Shown in pieces: positions 36,514 to 46,490 of a DNA stretch of 64,000 nucleotides. A program made the translations under genes and the position numbers. Source of the DNA: an uncultured Clostridia bacterium (lineage in GTDB: Bacteria > Bacillota > Clostridia > Christensenellales > Borkfalkiaceae); assembly GCA_944354035.1 (NCBI GenBank), contig CALVPS010000005.1, forward strand, positions 6,537 through 70,536, in the 5' to 3' direction. Every line of letters begins with the position of its first letter. Within the stretch, counting starts at the first letter, position 1. The notes beneath the pieces are model-generated. The model was not told the DNA's origin, searched no databases, and saw only the letters and a program-made list of their open reading frames with translations.

Positions 36514-37368
36514 CTACACCGCCTTCCCGCCCGCGTACAGTTTGGCGCGGACGGGATACACGCTGTCCTCTGTGCGCAGCACGCTGCCGATGGCGTCTGC
36601 CTCGATCTTCCCGCGGCGGGGATTTTTGACCGACGCGATCCCGCCGCGCACGCGGGCGCGGACGTCGCTGTATTCAAACGCCAGGTCGCAGTTTTCCATG
36701 GTACAGTCGATCAAACGCAGCCCCTTGCAATAGCACAACGGCTGCGTGCCGCTGATATGGCAGCGCACCAGCGTAAGCCCTTCGGAATACCATCCCAAAT
36801 ATTCGCCGCTCAGCACGCTGTCGGTCACCACGGCATGTTTCGTATGCCAAAATGCGTCTTTTGTATTGAGCTCCGAGCGGAAAATACGGATATCCCTTCC
36901 GTACTGAAAGGAATACTTTCCCGTCAGCGTCAGCCGTTCCGCCGTCAGGCCGCGCGTCTCAAAAAAGGCGTATTGCGAATGGACGGAGCTCTCTTTTAAC
37001 GCAATGCCCGTACAGCGCCAGCCAAACTCGGGCGAATCGATCTGCGTACCCTCGATGCGCACGTTTTTGCACTCGCGCACGGCCTTTATGCCGTTCAACG
37101 TGCTGCCGCGAATGACGACGTCCTCGTCGTACCACATGGCGGCGCGGCAGTTCGGCGTCATTTCGCCGTGTTCAAACCGCAGGCCGCGCGCATGCCAAAA
37201 GGGATACCGCAGATCCATATAGCAGTTCTGCGCCGCAATGTTTTCGCACTCCTTAAAGGCGGATTCCCCGTCCTCCTCGCCCTCGAACCGACAATTTTTT
37301 ACCAACGCGTCGCGAAGACGATAAAGCGCGCGCTCTTCGCCGAAACGTCGGTCTTGTATGATCTGCAT
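36514..37368 (-). CDS. DUF3737-like beta-helix repeat protein
   Basis: 284 aa, MQIIQDRRFGEERALY..., repeated short beta-strand units (IRGSTLNGIKAVRECKNVRIEGTQIDSPEFGW); ATG 37366-37368. Confidence 0.6.
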   Translation of the reverse strand: MQIIQDRRFGEERALYRLRDALVKNCRFEGEEDGESAFKECENIAAQNCYMDLRYPFWHARGLRFEHGEMTPNCRAAMWYDEDVVIRGSTLNGIKAVRECKNVRIEGTQIDSPEFGWRCTGIALKESSVHSQYAFFETRGLTAERLTLTGKYSFQYGRDIRIFRSELNTKDAFWHTKHAVVTDSVLSGEYLGWYSEGLTLVRCHISGTQPLCYCKGLRLIDCTMENCDLAFEYSDVRARVRGGIASVKNPRRGKIEADAIGSVLRTEDSVYPVRAKLYAGGKAV

Positions 37369-37438
37369 ACCGTGTTTTACTCCTTTCGCAGGTTCCATCG
37401 GGGAACGGCGCGCCGCAGCGCCCCGTTCCCGTCCCGCA

Positions 37439-37861
37439 CTATTTATGCCGCGCCCGCATGGTGGCAAGGCGCTCCTTTAAAATTTCGTAAGCGACGGCAC
37501 AGTCCTCCGTGTGCAGCACCGCCGTCTCCATGGGACATCTGCCCGTTCCGCTGCGGTCGACGATATAGGGCGCCGGCGTACGGTACGAATAGGCGATGCC
37601 GTACCGCCGCAAGGCCCGGGCGGCCGCCTCCGAAAGGACGTCCGCATACACCGCAGATATCCCCGCATAGGCAAACAGCATGGCCGCCGCCTTGCCCACA
37701 ACAACGTCTGCCGCCGCATAGCCGCGCAGCGATCCGCCCTCCTGCAGCAGCTGCATCATGGGGACAATGCCGCGCTCGTCCCGCACAAGCGTCCGGTCGC
37801 CGCGGACAAGCGCCAGCGTGTGGCCGGGCAACAGCGCGCGGGCGCGCGCAAGATCATCCAT
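37439..37861 (-). CDS. DUF1893 (TM1506-like) protein
   Basis: 140 aa, LVRDERGIVPMMQLL...VVGKAAAMLFAYAGISAVYADVLSEAA; 8-nt overlap with upstream gene. Confidence 0.6.
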   Translation of the reverse strand: MDDLARARALLPGHTLALVRGDRTLVRDERGIVPMMQLLQEGGSLRGYAAADVVVGKAAAMLFAYAGISAVYADVLSEAAARALRRYGIAYSYRTPAPYIVDRSGTGRCPMETAVLHTEDCAVAYEILKERLATMRARHK

Positions 37862-38984
37862 TCCCCTCTCCCCCGTCGAACATGGCAGAAACATCGCGCA
37901 GCAGTTTGCGGACAGGCAGCTTTTGCGGGCAGATCGCCTCGCACTTGCCGCAGCGGATGCAGTCTTTGGCCGCGCCGTTATGTTTGGTATGGATCTCGTA
38001 ATACCATTCGCTGTTCCAGTCGCCGAAGGCCAGCTTTGCATTGGCGTCGGCAAAGAGATCGGGAATCAAAATGTGTTCGGGGCAGCCCGCCACACAGTAG
38101 CGGCAGCCCGTGCAGGCAATGAGATGCTGCTTTTTAAAGATGGCGACCACCCGCGCAATCGCGGCGCGCTCCTCCTCCGAGAGGGGGCACACGTCGTACA
38201 TGAACGAAATGTTCTCCTGCAGCTGTTCGGGCGTACTCATGCCCGAAAGCACCATAAATACCCGGTCGAAATCGGCGGCAAAGCGCAGCGCGTAGCTTGC
38301 ATTGCTGCCCCCGCCCAGTGCGCGGAACACCTCGTCTGCCTGCTTGGGCAGCTTTACCAGATTCCCGCCCTTTACGGGCTCCATGACGATGACCGGCTTT
38401 CCGTGTTTTTTGCACACCTCGTAGCACTGCCGCCCCTGAATGCCCGCGTCGTCGTAATCGAGATAGTTCAGCTGGATCTGCACGACCTCGATCTGCGGAT
38501 ACTCGGTGAGAATGCGGTCCAGCACCTGCGCATTGTCGTGGAAGGAGATGCCCACGTGCCGCACCTTTCCTTCGGCCTTTAACGCAAATGCCGTTTCGTA
38601 AGCGCGGCAGCGCTTGTATTTTTCGAAGTACGCGGCCGTCTGCGCGTGCATCAGATAAAAATCGAAGTACTCCACGCCGCAGGCCTTTAACTGCCGCTCG
38701 AAAAAGGGACGGATCTCCTCTTCCGTCTTGAAATATTCGTTGCTGAGTTTATTGGTCAGCACAAAGCTCTCGCGCGGGTAGCGCGCGGCGACGCAGGTAC
38801 GAATGGCGTCTTCGCTCTCCTCGCCCAAATATCCGTGCGCCGTGTCGAAATAGTTGAAACCGGCCCGCATAAAGTCGTCTACCATGCGGCAGGTCGTATC
38901 GCGGTCGATCCTGCCGTTTTTCATCGGCAGCCGCATAAACCCGAAACCGAAGCGCTGTTTTACCTTTGGAAATACGTTATCCAT
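37854..38984 (-). CDS. aldo/keto reductase fused to a C-terminal 2x[4Fe-4S] ferredoxin-like domain
   Basis: FGFMRLP, YFDTAHGYLGEESE AKR N-terminus; CTGCRYCVAGCP and CIRCGKCEAICP cluster motifs. Confidence 0.85.
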   Translation of the reverse strand: MDNVFPKVKQRFGFGFMRLPMKNGRIDRDTTCRMVDDFMRAGFNYFDTAHGYLGEESEDAIRTCVAARYPRESFVLTNKLSNEYFKTEEEIRPFFERQLKACGVEYFDFYLMHAQTAAYFEKYKRCRAYETAFALKAEGKVRHVGISFHDNAQVLDRILTEYPQIEVVQIQLNYLDYDDAGIQGRQCYEVCKKHGKPVIVMEPVKGGNLVKLPKQADEVFRALGGGSNASYALRFAADFDRVFMVLSGMSTPEQLQENISFMYDVCPLSEEERAAIARVVAIFKKQHLIACTGCRYCVAGCPEHILIPDLFADANAKLAFGDWNSEWYYEIHTKHNGAAKDCIRCGKCEAICPQKLPVRKLLRDVSAMFDGGEGNG

Positions 38985-39594
38985 GTTTACTCTCCGAATG
39001 TTCGTTCTGTTCGGTCTGCTTGCGCGGCCGCGCAAGCAACCGGCGCAATCCCATCACCGCAAGGGGCACCAACACTGCCTGCAGCACCAGCCCCGTCAGA
39101 CCGAGTTGTACCTGCTCCCACGCGACGGCCGCCGAAAGCGGGCTCACCGCCCCGAATGCAGCCGCAAGCGCCAAAAACACCGCGCGCCCGCCGACCGCGG
39201 CCAGCAGCGCCGCGGGGAAGGCCATCCAGCCGTTTTGCGCAATGCTTTTTGAAAAGCCGCCCGATACGGCCGCAAACACGGCCATCTCCGCCATCATATA
39301 GGGCAAACGCGACAGCGCCGGCATGGGCGCGCCCGCGGCATAGGTGATCAAAAAGCTTACGACGGGCGAAAGAACGCCGATCCCCAGCCCCCACCATGTG
39401 CCCAGCAGACAGCCGCCCAGCAGAACGGGCAGATACATGGGCATATAGCGCATGCCGCCTTCGGCGCCCGCAACGGCGTGCACAAGCTGCGGCAACGCGA
39501 CCGCAAGCGCCACGACCAGCAGCGACACCGCGCCCTGTACGGTGACGCGCAGCCGCACAGGCATTTGCTTTGCCCTTAACATGTTTTCCAGCAT
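38977..39594 (-). CDS. ECF-transporter S-component-like membrane protein (substrate unknown)
   Basis: about 205 aa, five to six TM helices, small size and operon-leading position; ATG 39592-39594. Confidence 0.5.
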   Translation of the reverse strand: MLENMLRAKQMPVRLRVTVQGAVSLLVVALAVALPQLVHAVAGAEGGMRYMPMYLPVLLGGCLLGTWWGLGIGVLSPVVSFLITYAAGAPMPALSRLPYMMAEMAVFAAVSGGFSKSIAQNGWMAFPAALLAAVGGRAVFLALAAAFGAVSPLSAAVAWEQVQLGLTGLVLQAVLVPLAVMGLRRLLARPRKQTEQNEHSESKHG

Positions 39595-39697
39595 GACTGT
39601 TCTCCTTTGCGCTTTATCGGATGCGGACGACACAAACGACCGCCGCTTGCCGTGCGGGCGGCAAAAGCGCAATGCCTCGCGCACACGATACGCCTTT

Positions 39698-39726
39698 ATT
39701 ATACCACGGTTTGCCGCATTTGTAAA
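39698..39726 (-). promoter_or_regulatory. sigma-A-type promoter of the 39594-36514 operon
   Basis: On the - strand TTTACA - 17 nt - TATAAT; leaves a leader of about 96 nt before the ATG. Confidence 0.6.
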
Positions 39727-39881
39727 TGCTTCTTTTCTATTACACAAAATGCTTTTTTTCTATCTTACGCAGCCCTTGCCGCCGAGATTATTTTATATCG
39801 TTCTTTAACAAAAATATCACGCATCGGTGATGTTTTGTCAACAAAGCGGGCGTATACTGTTAAAAAAACGGGATCGGACTT

Positions 39882-41354
39882 ATGAAACCACACATCAAAC
39901 TGCTTGCGCCGACGGCGGCGCTGTGTATCTTTGCATCCTGCGCGCTGCTGGGAGGCTGTGCCGGAACGGACACATACGTCACCTCCATCAAAAAAACGGG
40001 CGTAAACGGCACGGAGGACATTTATACGGTCACCTATTCGGACGGGCGGCGCGATACGTTTACGGTGACCAACGGCTCGGACGGGGCAGACGCGGACATT
40101 TCGGCGATCTATGAGGCATACAAGACGCTTACCGGACAGGACGACTGCACGTTTGAAGAATTTTTGGCGCAGTACCTCACCGTCTCCACCGATACGTCGC
40201 AGGTCATCAACCGCTGTCTGTGCTCAAGCATGTCCATTTACGCCGAGTTTGTGGAAACCTCTATAGGAACGGATATCTGGGGACGGCCCGCCTCCGTCAC
40301 CGACGTGGCGGTATCGACGGGCGCGGCGGTCATTTACCGCATCGACGAGGCGGACGACGGCTATACTTACCTCGTCACCGACTATCACGTGGTATACGAT
40401 AAAAACGCCAACAGCAGCAAAAACGGCGGCAGCAAGCTGGCGCGCGCCATATACGGTTATTTGTACGGCAGCGAGGAGACGCCCACCAATGCCGACGAGG
40501 ACGGCGACGGCCGCGCCGACACCGACGAAAACGGCTACGCCGTATACGACTACGGCGAAACGGCCGTTGCCCTGGAATATGTGGGCGGCACGGTAACGTA
40601 CGATATCGCCGTGCTGCGCGCCAAGACGAGCGACCTGAAGGAGATCAACGAAGACATCTGCGCCGTAACGCTTGCCGACGGCTGCCATGTAGGCGAAACG
40701 GCCATAGCGATCGGAAACCCGGAGGGCGACGGCATCAGCGTAACGCAGGGCATTGTCAGCACGGAGAGCGAATACATTTCGCTGAACATCGACGGGACCG
40801 TGCGCTCGTACCGCTCCACGCGCATCGACACCCCTCTTTACAGCGGCAATTCGGGCGGAGGCCTCTTTAACCGCAACGGCGAGCTGATCGGCATCACCAA
40901 CGCGGGCGACGGCTCCGACCAAAACATCAACTATGCCGTGCCCCTTGCGGTGGTGCGCAGCACGGCGGAGAGCATTCTGCACTACGCCGCGGACGCCGAC
41001 GAGACGACGCAGGGCGTATATACGCTGGAGGCGGGACTGACCGTGGAAGGGCTGCGCGCCAAATACGTATACGACCCCGCAAGCGGCTACGGCCGCATCT
41101 GCGAAGAGGTGACCGTTGTCTCCGTCGCGGCCGGTTCCGTTGCCGAATCTCTCGGACTGACGGCGGGCGACAGGCTGTTCTCGCTTACCATCGACGGAAA
41201 AGATTGCGGGATCGACCGTGCGTTCGATTGGTCCGATCTCGCCATGACCGTGCGCGGCGGCGACATTTTGGAGATCGTATACGAGCGCGACGGCGTGAAA
41301 TATACCACGCAGCCGTATACGGTGACCGCGCAAGACCTTGTTGCGGTGGAGTAA
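39882..41354 (+). CDS. trypsin-like (S1C/HtrA-like) serine protease lipoprotein with C-terminal PDZ-like domain
   Basis: Lipobox LLGGCAG; TDYHVV (His), DIAVL (Asp), GNSGGGLF (Ser) catalytic triad motifs. Confidence 0.8.
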   Translation: MKPHIKLLAPTAALCIFASCALLGGCAGTDTYVTSIKKTGVNGTEDIYTVTYSDGRRDTFTVTNGSDGADADISAIYEAYKTLTGQDDCTFEEFLAQYLTVSTDTSQVINRCLCSSMSIYAEFVETSIGTDIWGRPASVTDVAVSTGAAVIYRIDEADDGYTYLVTDYHVVYDKNANSSKNGGSKLARAIYGYLYGSEETPTNADEDGDGRADTDENGYAVYDYGETAVALEYVGGTVTYDIAVLRAKTSDLKEINEDICAVTLADGCHVGETAIAIGNPEGDGISVTQGIVSTESEYISLNIDGTVRSYRSTRIDTPLYSGNSGGGLFNRNGELIGITNAGDGSDQNINYAVPLAVVRSTAESILHYAADADETTQGVYTLEAGLTVEGLRAKYVYDPASGYGRICEEVTVVSVAAGSVAESLGLTAGDRLFSLTIDGKDCGIDRAFDWSDLAMTVRGGDILEIVYERDGVKYTTQPYTVTAQDLVAVE

Positions 41355-41504
41355 CGCGGCAAAACGCCGCCCGCCCCGCCGGCGCCGCGGGCGGCCGAAC
41401 ATACAAAACCGCCGCTAAACGGCTACGCCCCTGCCCGATCGGGCAGGGGCGCGTTTTATACAATCTGCGGGCGGCCCGCCGGGGCCGCCCGCACCGCAGG
41501 TTTG

Positions 41505-42530
41505 TTACACCTCGTAGTGCATGGGATTTACAAGATACTTTATTTCGTCCAGCTCGTCCGCGGTTACGTATCCCGCGGGCGCGTTCAAAAGGGACGGGAT
41601 ACGGTTGACGATGGTGGCGCAGGTATGCTCTACCGTGGCGGGTTTTACCACGTGGAACTCGGTATTCGGTTCGCCCGTGATCCACCAGTCGCACATATCG
41701 CCGTCGTCGGGGCCGTACACCTTGCCGATGGTCTCCTCCTCGATGGTGATGCCCTGATACGTCTCGATGGTCACCACGGCCGACATGCCGATACATCTGC
41801 CCGCCTTTATGGTCTTGCCGAGCGTAGCGCTGTGCATATCCTTTTTCACCGTGTAGGGCACATTTTCCTGGCGGATCGACCTTACGGTCAACCCCAGCTT
41901 GTTGCAGATGGCCTCGGCGGCGTTCCACGCATAGGAAGGAACGACCTCCGCGGGATGCGCAAGCGTCTTTTCAAACTCTTCCACCGTAAGGTCGCACCCA
42001 TGCGCCTTGGCAAGCGCCAGCCCGTAGTCTTCCACGTTATAGCTGTATGCGCCCTTTATCTTTTTGATATCGGCGCAGCCGCCCGCCACCATGGCCACCA
42101 TATTGATCCAAAAGATATCCTGCATGCCGCTGCCCGTCACCGTACAGTTGTGTTCTTTGGCAAGCGCATCGAGCTTGTTGGTGAGCGCCGCGGCCGTCGT
42201 CCAAGGATAGATGGCCTCTTCGCACGTCGTGATCACGTTTACGCCGCGCAGTACACACTTTTCCACCGCCTCGTAAATATCGCTTACAAAACTGAACAGC
42301 GTGACCACGGCGACGTCGGCGTCGCATTCGTCCAGGACCCTGTCGGCATCGGCCGAAATTTTGACGCCCGTCTTTACGCCGAGCTCCGCATAGTCCCCCA
42401 CATCCATGCCCAAAATGGCGGGATTGACGTCGATCGCCCCCACGATCTCCGCGCCCTTGCTGTGCAGATAGCGCAAAATATACTTGCTCATTTTGCCGCA
42501 GCCGTACTGAACCACTCTGATCCGTTTCAT
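41505..42530 (-). CDS. DapB-N-like NAD(P)-binding oxidoreductase (amine dehydrogenase / 2,4-diaminopentanoate dehydrogenase family)
   Basis: [18 protein letters not shown] Rossmann start, 341 aa; ATG 42528-42530; family assignment from overall resemblance only. Confidence 0.6.
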   Translation of the reverse strand: MKRIRVVQYGCGKMSKYILRYLHSKGAEIVGAIDVNPAILGMDVGDYAELGVKTGVKISADADRVLDECDADVAVVTLFSFVSDIYEAVEKCVLRGVNVITTCEEAIYPWTTAAALTNKLDALAKEHNCTVTGSGMQDIFWINMVAMVAGGCADIKKIKGAYSYNVEDYGLALAKAHGCDLTVEEFEKTLAHPAEVVPSYAWNAAEAICNKLGLTVRSIRQENVPYTVKKDMHSATLGKTIKAGRCIGMSAVVTIETYQGITIEEETIGKVYGPDDGDMCDWWITGEPNTEFHVVKPATVEHTCATIVNRIPSLLNAPAGYVTADELDEIKYLVNPMHYEV

Positions 42531-42789
42531 AAAACACCCCTTGTCAAAATTTGGTACCATGGAAGGATTCCCACGATCCGCCCAAATTATACCACTACGG
42601 ACATGCCCTGTCAATGGCGGTTTTGCAAAAGATCGTACACACAACGCACACATTGCCCTTTTGCCCCGACGCCTCCTTTGCGCACGGCTGCCGCCCGATC
42701 GGGATTGCGAAAGACGCAACCGTGCGCCCTTTGCATGTTATCTGGTACGAAAGCGCCCGCGAAGCACCCCGCAGCGATCTTTGCATCCG

Positions 42790-42817
42790 TTGACAAAAAA
42801 ATTTTTCGGATTATACT
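42790..42817 (+). promoter_or_regulatory. sigma-A-type promoter of the two-component operon
   Basis: TTGACA - 16 nt - TATACT. Confidence 0.6.
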
Positions 42818-42886
42818 ATTCTTATTGGCAAACTTAACAAACGCTTAACACGGCTGCGGTACAATCACCGGAACGGAGGCGAAGCT

Positions 42887-43558
42887 ATGACAAAAATTTT
42901 GGTAGTGGAAGACGACGAGACGCTGAACTATGCCGTCTGCAAACATCTGACGCACAACGGATATGCCGCCAAAGGCTGCACGGACGCGCGCGAGGGACTG
43001 AACGCGCTGTATACCGAAACATTCGACCTGATCATATCCGATATCATGATGCCGAACATGGACGGCTTTGCGTTCGCGCGCGAAGTGCGCGCGCATGACG
43101 CGGCGATCCCCCTGCTGTTTTTAACGGCGCGCGACGACTTTTTGGCCAAAGAACGAGGGTTTCGACTGGGGATCGACGACTACCTTACAAAGCCCATAGA
43201 GTTGGACGAACTGCTGCTGCGCATCATGGCGCTGCTACGGCGCGCAAAAATTTCCACGAGCAAGCGGCTGGTCGTAGGCAACCTTACACTGGACGAAGAC
43301 GCAATGCGCGCCACCGTAAACGGCTTGCCCGTCGAGCTGACGCTACGCGAATTTTAAATCCTCTTCAAGCTGCTCTCTTACCCCGATAAGACGTTTACGC
43401 GCGGCCAGCTGCCGGACGATTTTGCAGGATTGGAAAGCGAGAGCGGGCTGCGCTCGGTAGACGTACACATCGCCAACCCGCGCCAGAAATTGGCGGGTCG
43501 CGACGCGTTTGTACTGAACACCGTGCGCGGGCTTGGCTACAAGGCGGTGATAAAATGA
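42887..43558 (+). pseudogene. OmpR-family response regulator interrupted by an in-frame TAA (43355-43357) between receiver and winged-helix domains
   Basis: Receiver domain intact (ILVVEDD, DLIISDIMMP, LTKP). After ...VELTLREF comes TAA, then the same frame continues ILFKLLSYPDKTFTRGQL...RSVDVHI...TVRGLGYKAV to a TGA that overlaps the kinase ATG. Confidence 0.85.
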
Positions 43559-44640
43559 GCGGAGTAAAAAATAGCGAAAGACGATCGATCCGGACGCTGG
43601 AACACGACAGCCGCGTTACGGTGCGCAGCAAGCGCCCCCTTTTGTACTTTATTTTTCTGTGCGTGTGTGCGGGGCTGTGCGTCGGTTTTTTATACAGCGC
43701 AATTTTTTTGTGGGAGCACGAACTTCCAAGCCCGCTTATCACCTTTTTATTGGGCGCCTTTACCATTCTTACCAGCGCCGTTATACTGTTTTGCGTCTGG
43801 TTTATTTACCGAAGGACGTTTATCCGCCCCCTGGCGCAGATAAAATACGCCGCGCGCGCAGTGGCGGCGGGCGACTACTCCGTGCGCATCCCGGATCGCC
43901 GCAAAGACGGCAAAAAGGACGAGTTTCAGGTGCTGTTCGACGACTTCAACACCATGGTGAGTGAACTTGCGAGCACGGAAATTTTAAAGACGGGCTTTGT
44001 ATCGAACGTCTCGCACGAACTGAAGACGCCGCTTTCGGCCATACAAAACCTCTCGTCCATGCTGCAGAGCGACGGCCTCACCGAAGAGGAACGCAAAGAC
44101 TGCGCCGGACGCATTGCGACAGCCTGCAAACGTCTGAGCATTCTGGTGACGGATATTTTACAGCTCAGTCGGCTGGAAAATCAGTCGATCACACCGCAAA
44201 AGCAGACGTTCGACTTAAACGAACAACTCAGCCGCTGCATTTTGGGATTTGAACACGTTTGGGAAGAGAAGAACATCGACGTGCAGACCGACCTCGGCGA
44301 GGGGCAATACGCATTCGGTGACGAGCGGCTGCTGGAGATCGCATGGAACAATCTGCTCTCCAACGCGTTCAAATTTACACCGCCGGGCGGCAGCGTGCAG
44401 GTGATCCTGTCGCAGAAAGACGGCCGCCCAACCGTCACCGTAAAGGACAGCGGCTGCGGCATGACCGAGGAACAGATAAAGCACGCCTTCGATAAATTTT
44501 ACCAGGCGGACACCTCGCATGCGACCATGGGGAACGGACTGGGCCTTGCGCTAACGAAGCGCATCCTTACGCTGCACGGCGCGCAGATCGCGGTAGAGAG
44601 CAGCCTGCAAAAGGGCTCTGCGTTCACCGTTACGCTGTAA
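43555..44640 (+). CDS. sensor histidine kinase (2 TM, HAMP, HisKA, HATPase_c)
   Basis: H-box SHELKTPLSAI, N-box NLLSNAFKFTPPGG, DSGCGM, GLGLAL. Confidence 0.9.
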   Translation: MSGVKNSERRSIRTLEHDSRVTVRSKRPLLYFIFLCVCAGLCVGFLYSAIFLWEHELPSPLITFLLGAFTILTSAVILFCVWFIYRRTFIRPLAQIKYAARAVAAGDYSVRIPDRRKDGKKDEFQVLFDDFNTMVSELASTEILKTGFVSNVSHELKTPLSAIQNLSSMLQSDGLTEEERKDCAGRIATACKRLSILVTDILQLSRLENQSITPQKQTFDLNEQLSRCILGFEHVWEEKNIDVQTDLGEGQYAFGDERLLEIAWNNLLSNAFKFTPPGGSVQVILSQKDGRPTVTVKDSGCGMTEEQIKHAFDKFYQADTSHATMGNGLGLALTKRILTLHGAQIAVESSLQKGSAFTVTL

Positions 44641-44935
44641 TGCCCCGCAGTTGCGCCCGTGTCGGCCCGTCCTCATGCGACCGCCGCCTGCACCCGTAAA
44701 CGGACCTCCTTCCCCTGTCCCTTGCCCCCCTCAAGGAAAAACCTTTCCATTGCCTCAAAGGGGGCGGCTTGCGCAGGAAGATCTTTTTCTCCCTGCCTCC
44801 CCTTTTCAAGGGGAGATGGCTTGTCGAAAACACTTCCCGCCTCCCCTTCCCAAGGAGAGGCGGCTTGCCGAAGGCAAGACGGAAGGGTCGCGGGGCCTGT
44901 ATGCCCATTTACGGCTCGCCCGCCTCTTCGGTTTT
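44641..44935 (+). repeat. interspersed repeat, locus 3: tail of module B followed by three degenerate H-type hairpin units
   Basis: cacccgtaaacggacc; cccccctcaagg...cctcaaagggggcggcttgcgcagg; ctccccttttcaaggggagatggcttgtcg; ctccccttcccaaggagaggcggcttgccgaaggcaagacggaagggt. Confidence 0.75.
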
Positions 44936-45205
44936 ACGTTCCGACATCCATTACCATCCGCCTTTGCCGCGCCATGCGGCGAACGCGGGAACTTCGTCCC
45001 TGCAAAAAAGCGGCGCTTCCCGTGCGCCGCATGCGGCCGCCCCGTCGCGGCCTTTTTTTGCCGTTTTCTGTCGGCCGTTCGCGTTATTCCACTGCCGCCG
45101 GCGAACGACGGCCGACGCAAATTTTATAAAAAACAATTATCGCTTAATACTTGCTTAATATGCGCGCGGTACACTGCAAACAATCAAACACCGGGAGGAA
45201 CCAAT

Positions 45206-46490
45206 ATGATACCCTCGTTTACGGCCTTTCGGCGCTGTTCGGCGTCTGCATGTTGCTGGCGGCGGTCTGCTACATTCCCAAGTTTTTCAGCTTGCGGGTG
45301 CGCGGAAAAAGCCGGAGCGCAAATCGGCAAGCAAACGGCGCACCATCGCGCTCGTCATTCCCGCGCGCAACGAAAGCGGAACGATCGGCGCGCTGTTCCA
45401 CAGTATTTTGCAGCAGACCTACCCCTGCGACCGCTTTGATGTGAACGTCATTGTAAAAGAGGCCGACGACCCCACCTGCGCCATGGCGAAAAAGATCGGC
45501 GCGAACGTATTTGTCGTCCCCGCGCAGACCTGCAAGGGCGCGGCGCTCGACGGATACTTTCACAGTCTTTCTCCCGAACAGCTGCGCCGCTACGACGCCT
45601 TTGCGATCGTCGACGCCGACGCAGTGCTCTCCGACACCTATGTGGAAGAGTTGAACAACGCGTTGGAATACGACAGAGATATCTTTGTCACACGCAAAAA
45701 CATCAAAAACTATCTGGGCGGGAAAGCGGCACGCTCGCTCATTTGCGACTGCTCCGCGCTCACCTATCCGATCATCGACGAATTGGGCAACGCGTACCGC
45801 TCCGCAAAGAATGTGCCGCTGAACCTGTGCGGGCAGGGGCTTATGGTGCGCCGCCGCGTGATAGAGCGGCTGAACGGCTGGCCGTATCGCAGCCTCACCG
45901 AAGATTACGAGCTGAAAATGGACGGCTATTTGCATGGCTTCAGCGGCATGTTCTATCCCTACGCCGTGCTGTACACCGAGGAGGTCCTGCAGCACAAGGA
46001 GAGCTATCTGCGCCGTCTGCGCTGGATCCGCGGCTACTCGCAGTGCGACAGAATGTACAAAAAACGGATACAAGAAAAAATACGGCGCGACGGCGCGTCT
46101 CCCGCCGTAAAATTTGATTTTTTGCACTTTAAAGATGCATTTTACCTCTACACGGGCGGACTTGCCGCGGCGCTGAGCGGCGGAACGGCGCTGTTTATTA
46201 CGGGACTTGCGGGAGGCAGCGTGCTATGGGCGTATGCGCTGGGGCTGCTGATCGCCTTGCCGCTTGCCTGCACCTACCTTATCCTGCTTTCCTACACCGC
46301 CATGGCCATGTGCGCGTACCGCGACGTCCTTACGGGCTTTACCGCCGCCCGCAAACTCCGCCTGCTGCTGTTTCATCCGCTCTTTCTACTGGAATATATC
46401 CCTATCTACATTCGGAGCCGCACCGAAAAAACGCAGGGCGCGTGGAAGGAGACGGCACGCCTGAGCACGCCGCTATCGTGTAAGGAGTAA
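45206..46490 (+). pseudogene. family-2 glycosyltransferase with C-terminal TM helices, frameshifted near the 5-prime end
   Basis: GGAGG + ATG at 45206. The TM helix YGLSALFGVCMLLAAVCYIPKFF is in one frame. The conserved RTIALVIPARNESGTIGALFHSILQQTYP lies in the -1 frame, with no start codon upstream of the track's TTG at 45408. The frames switch at the A5 run 45306-45310. Confidence 0.75.
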
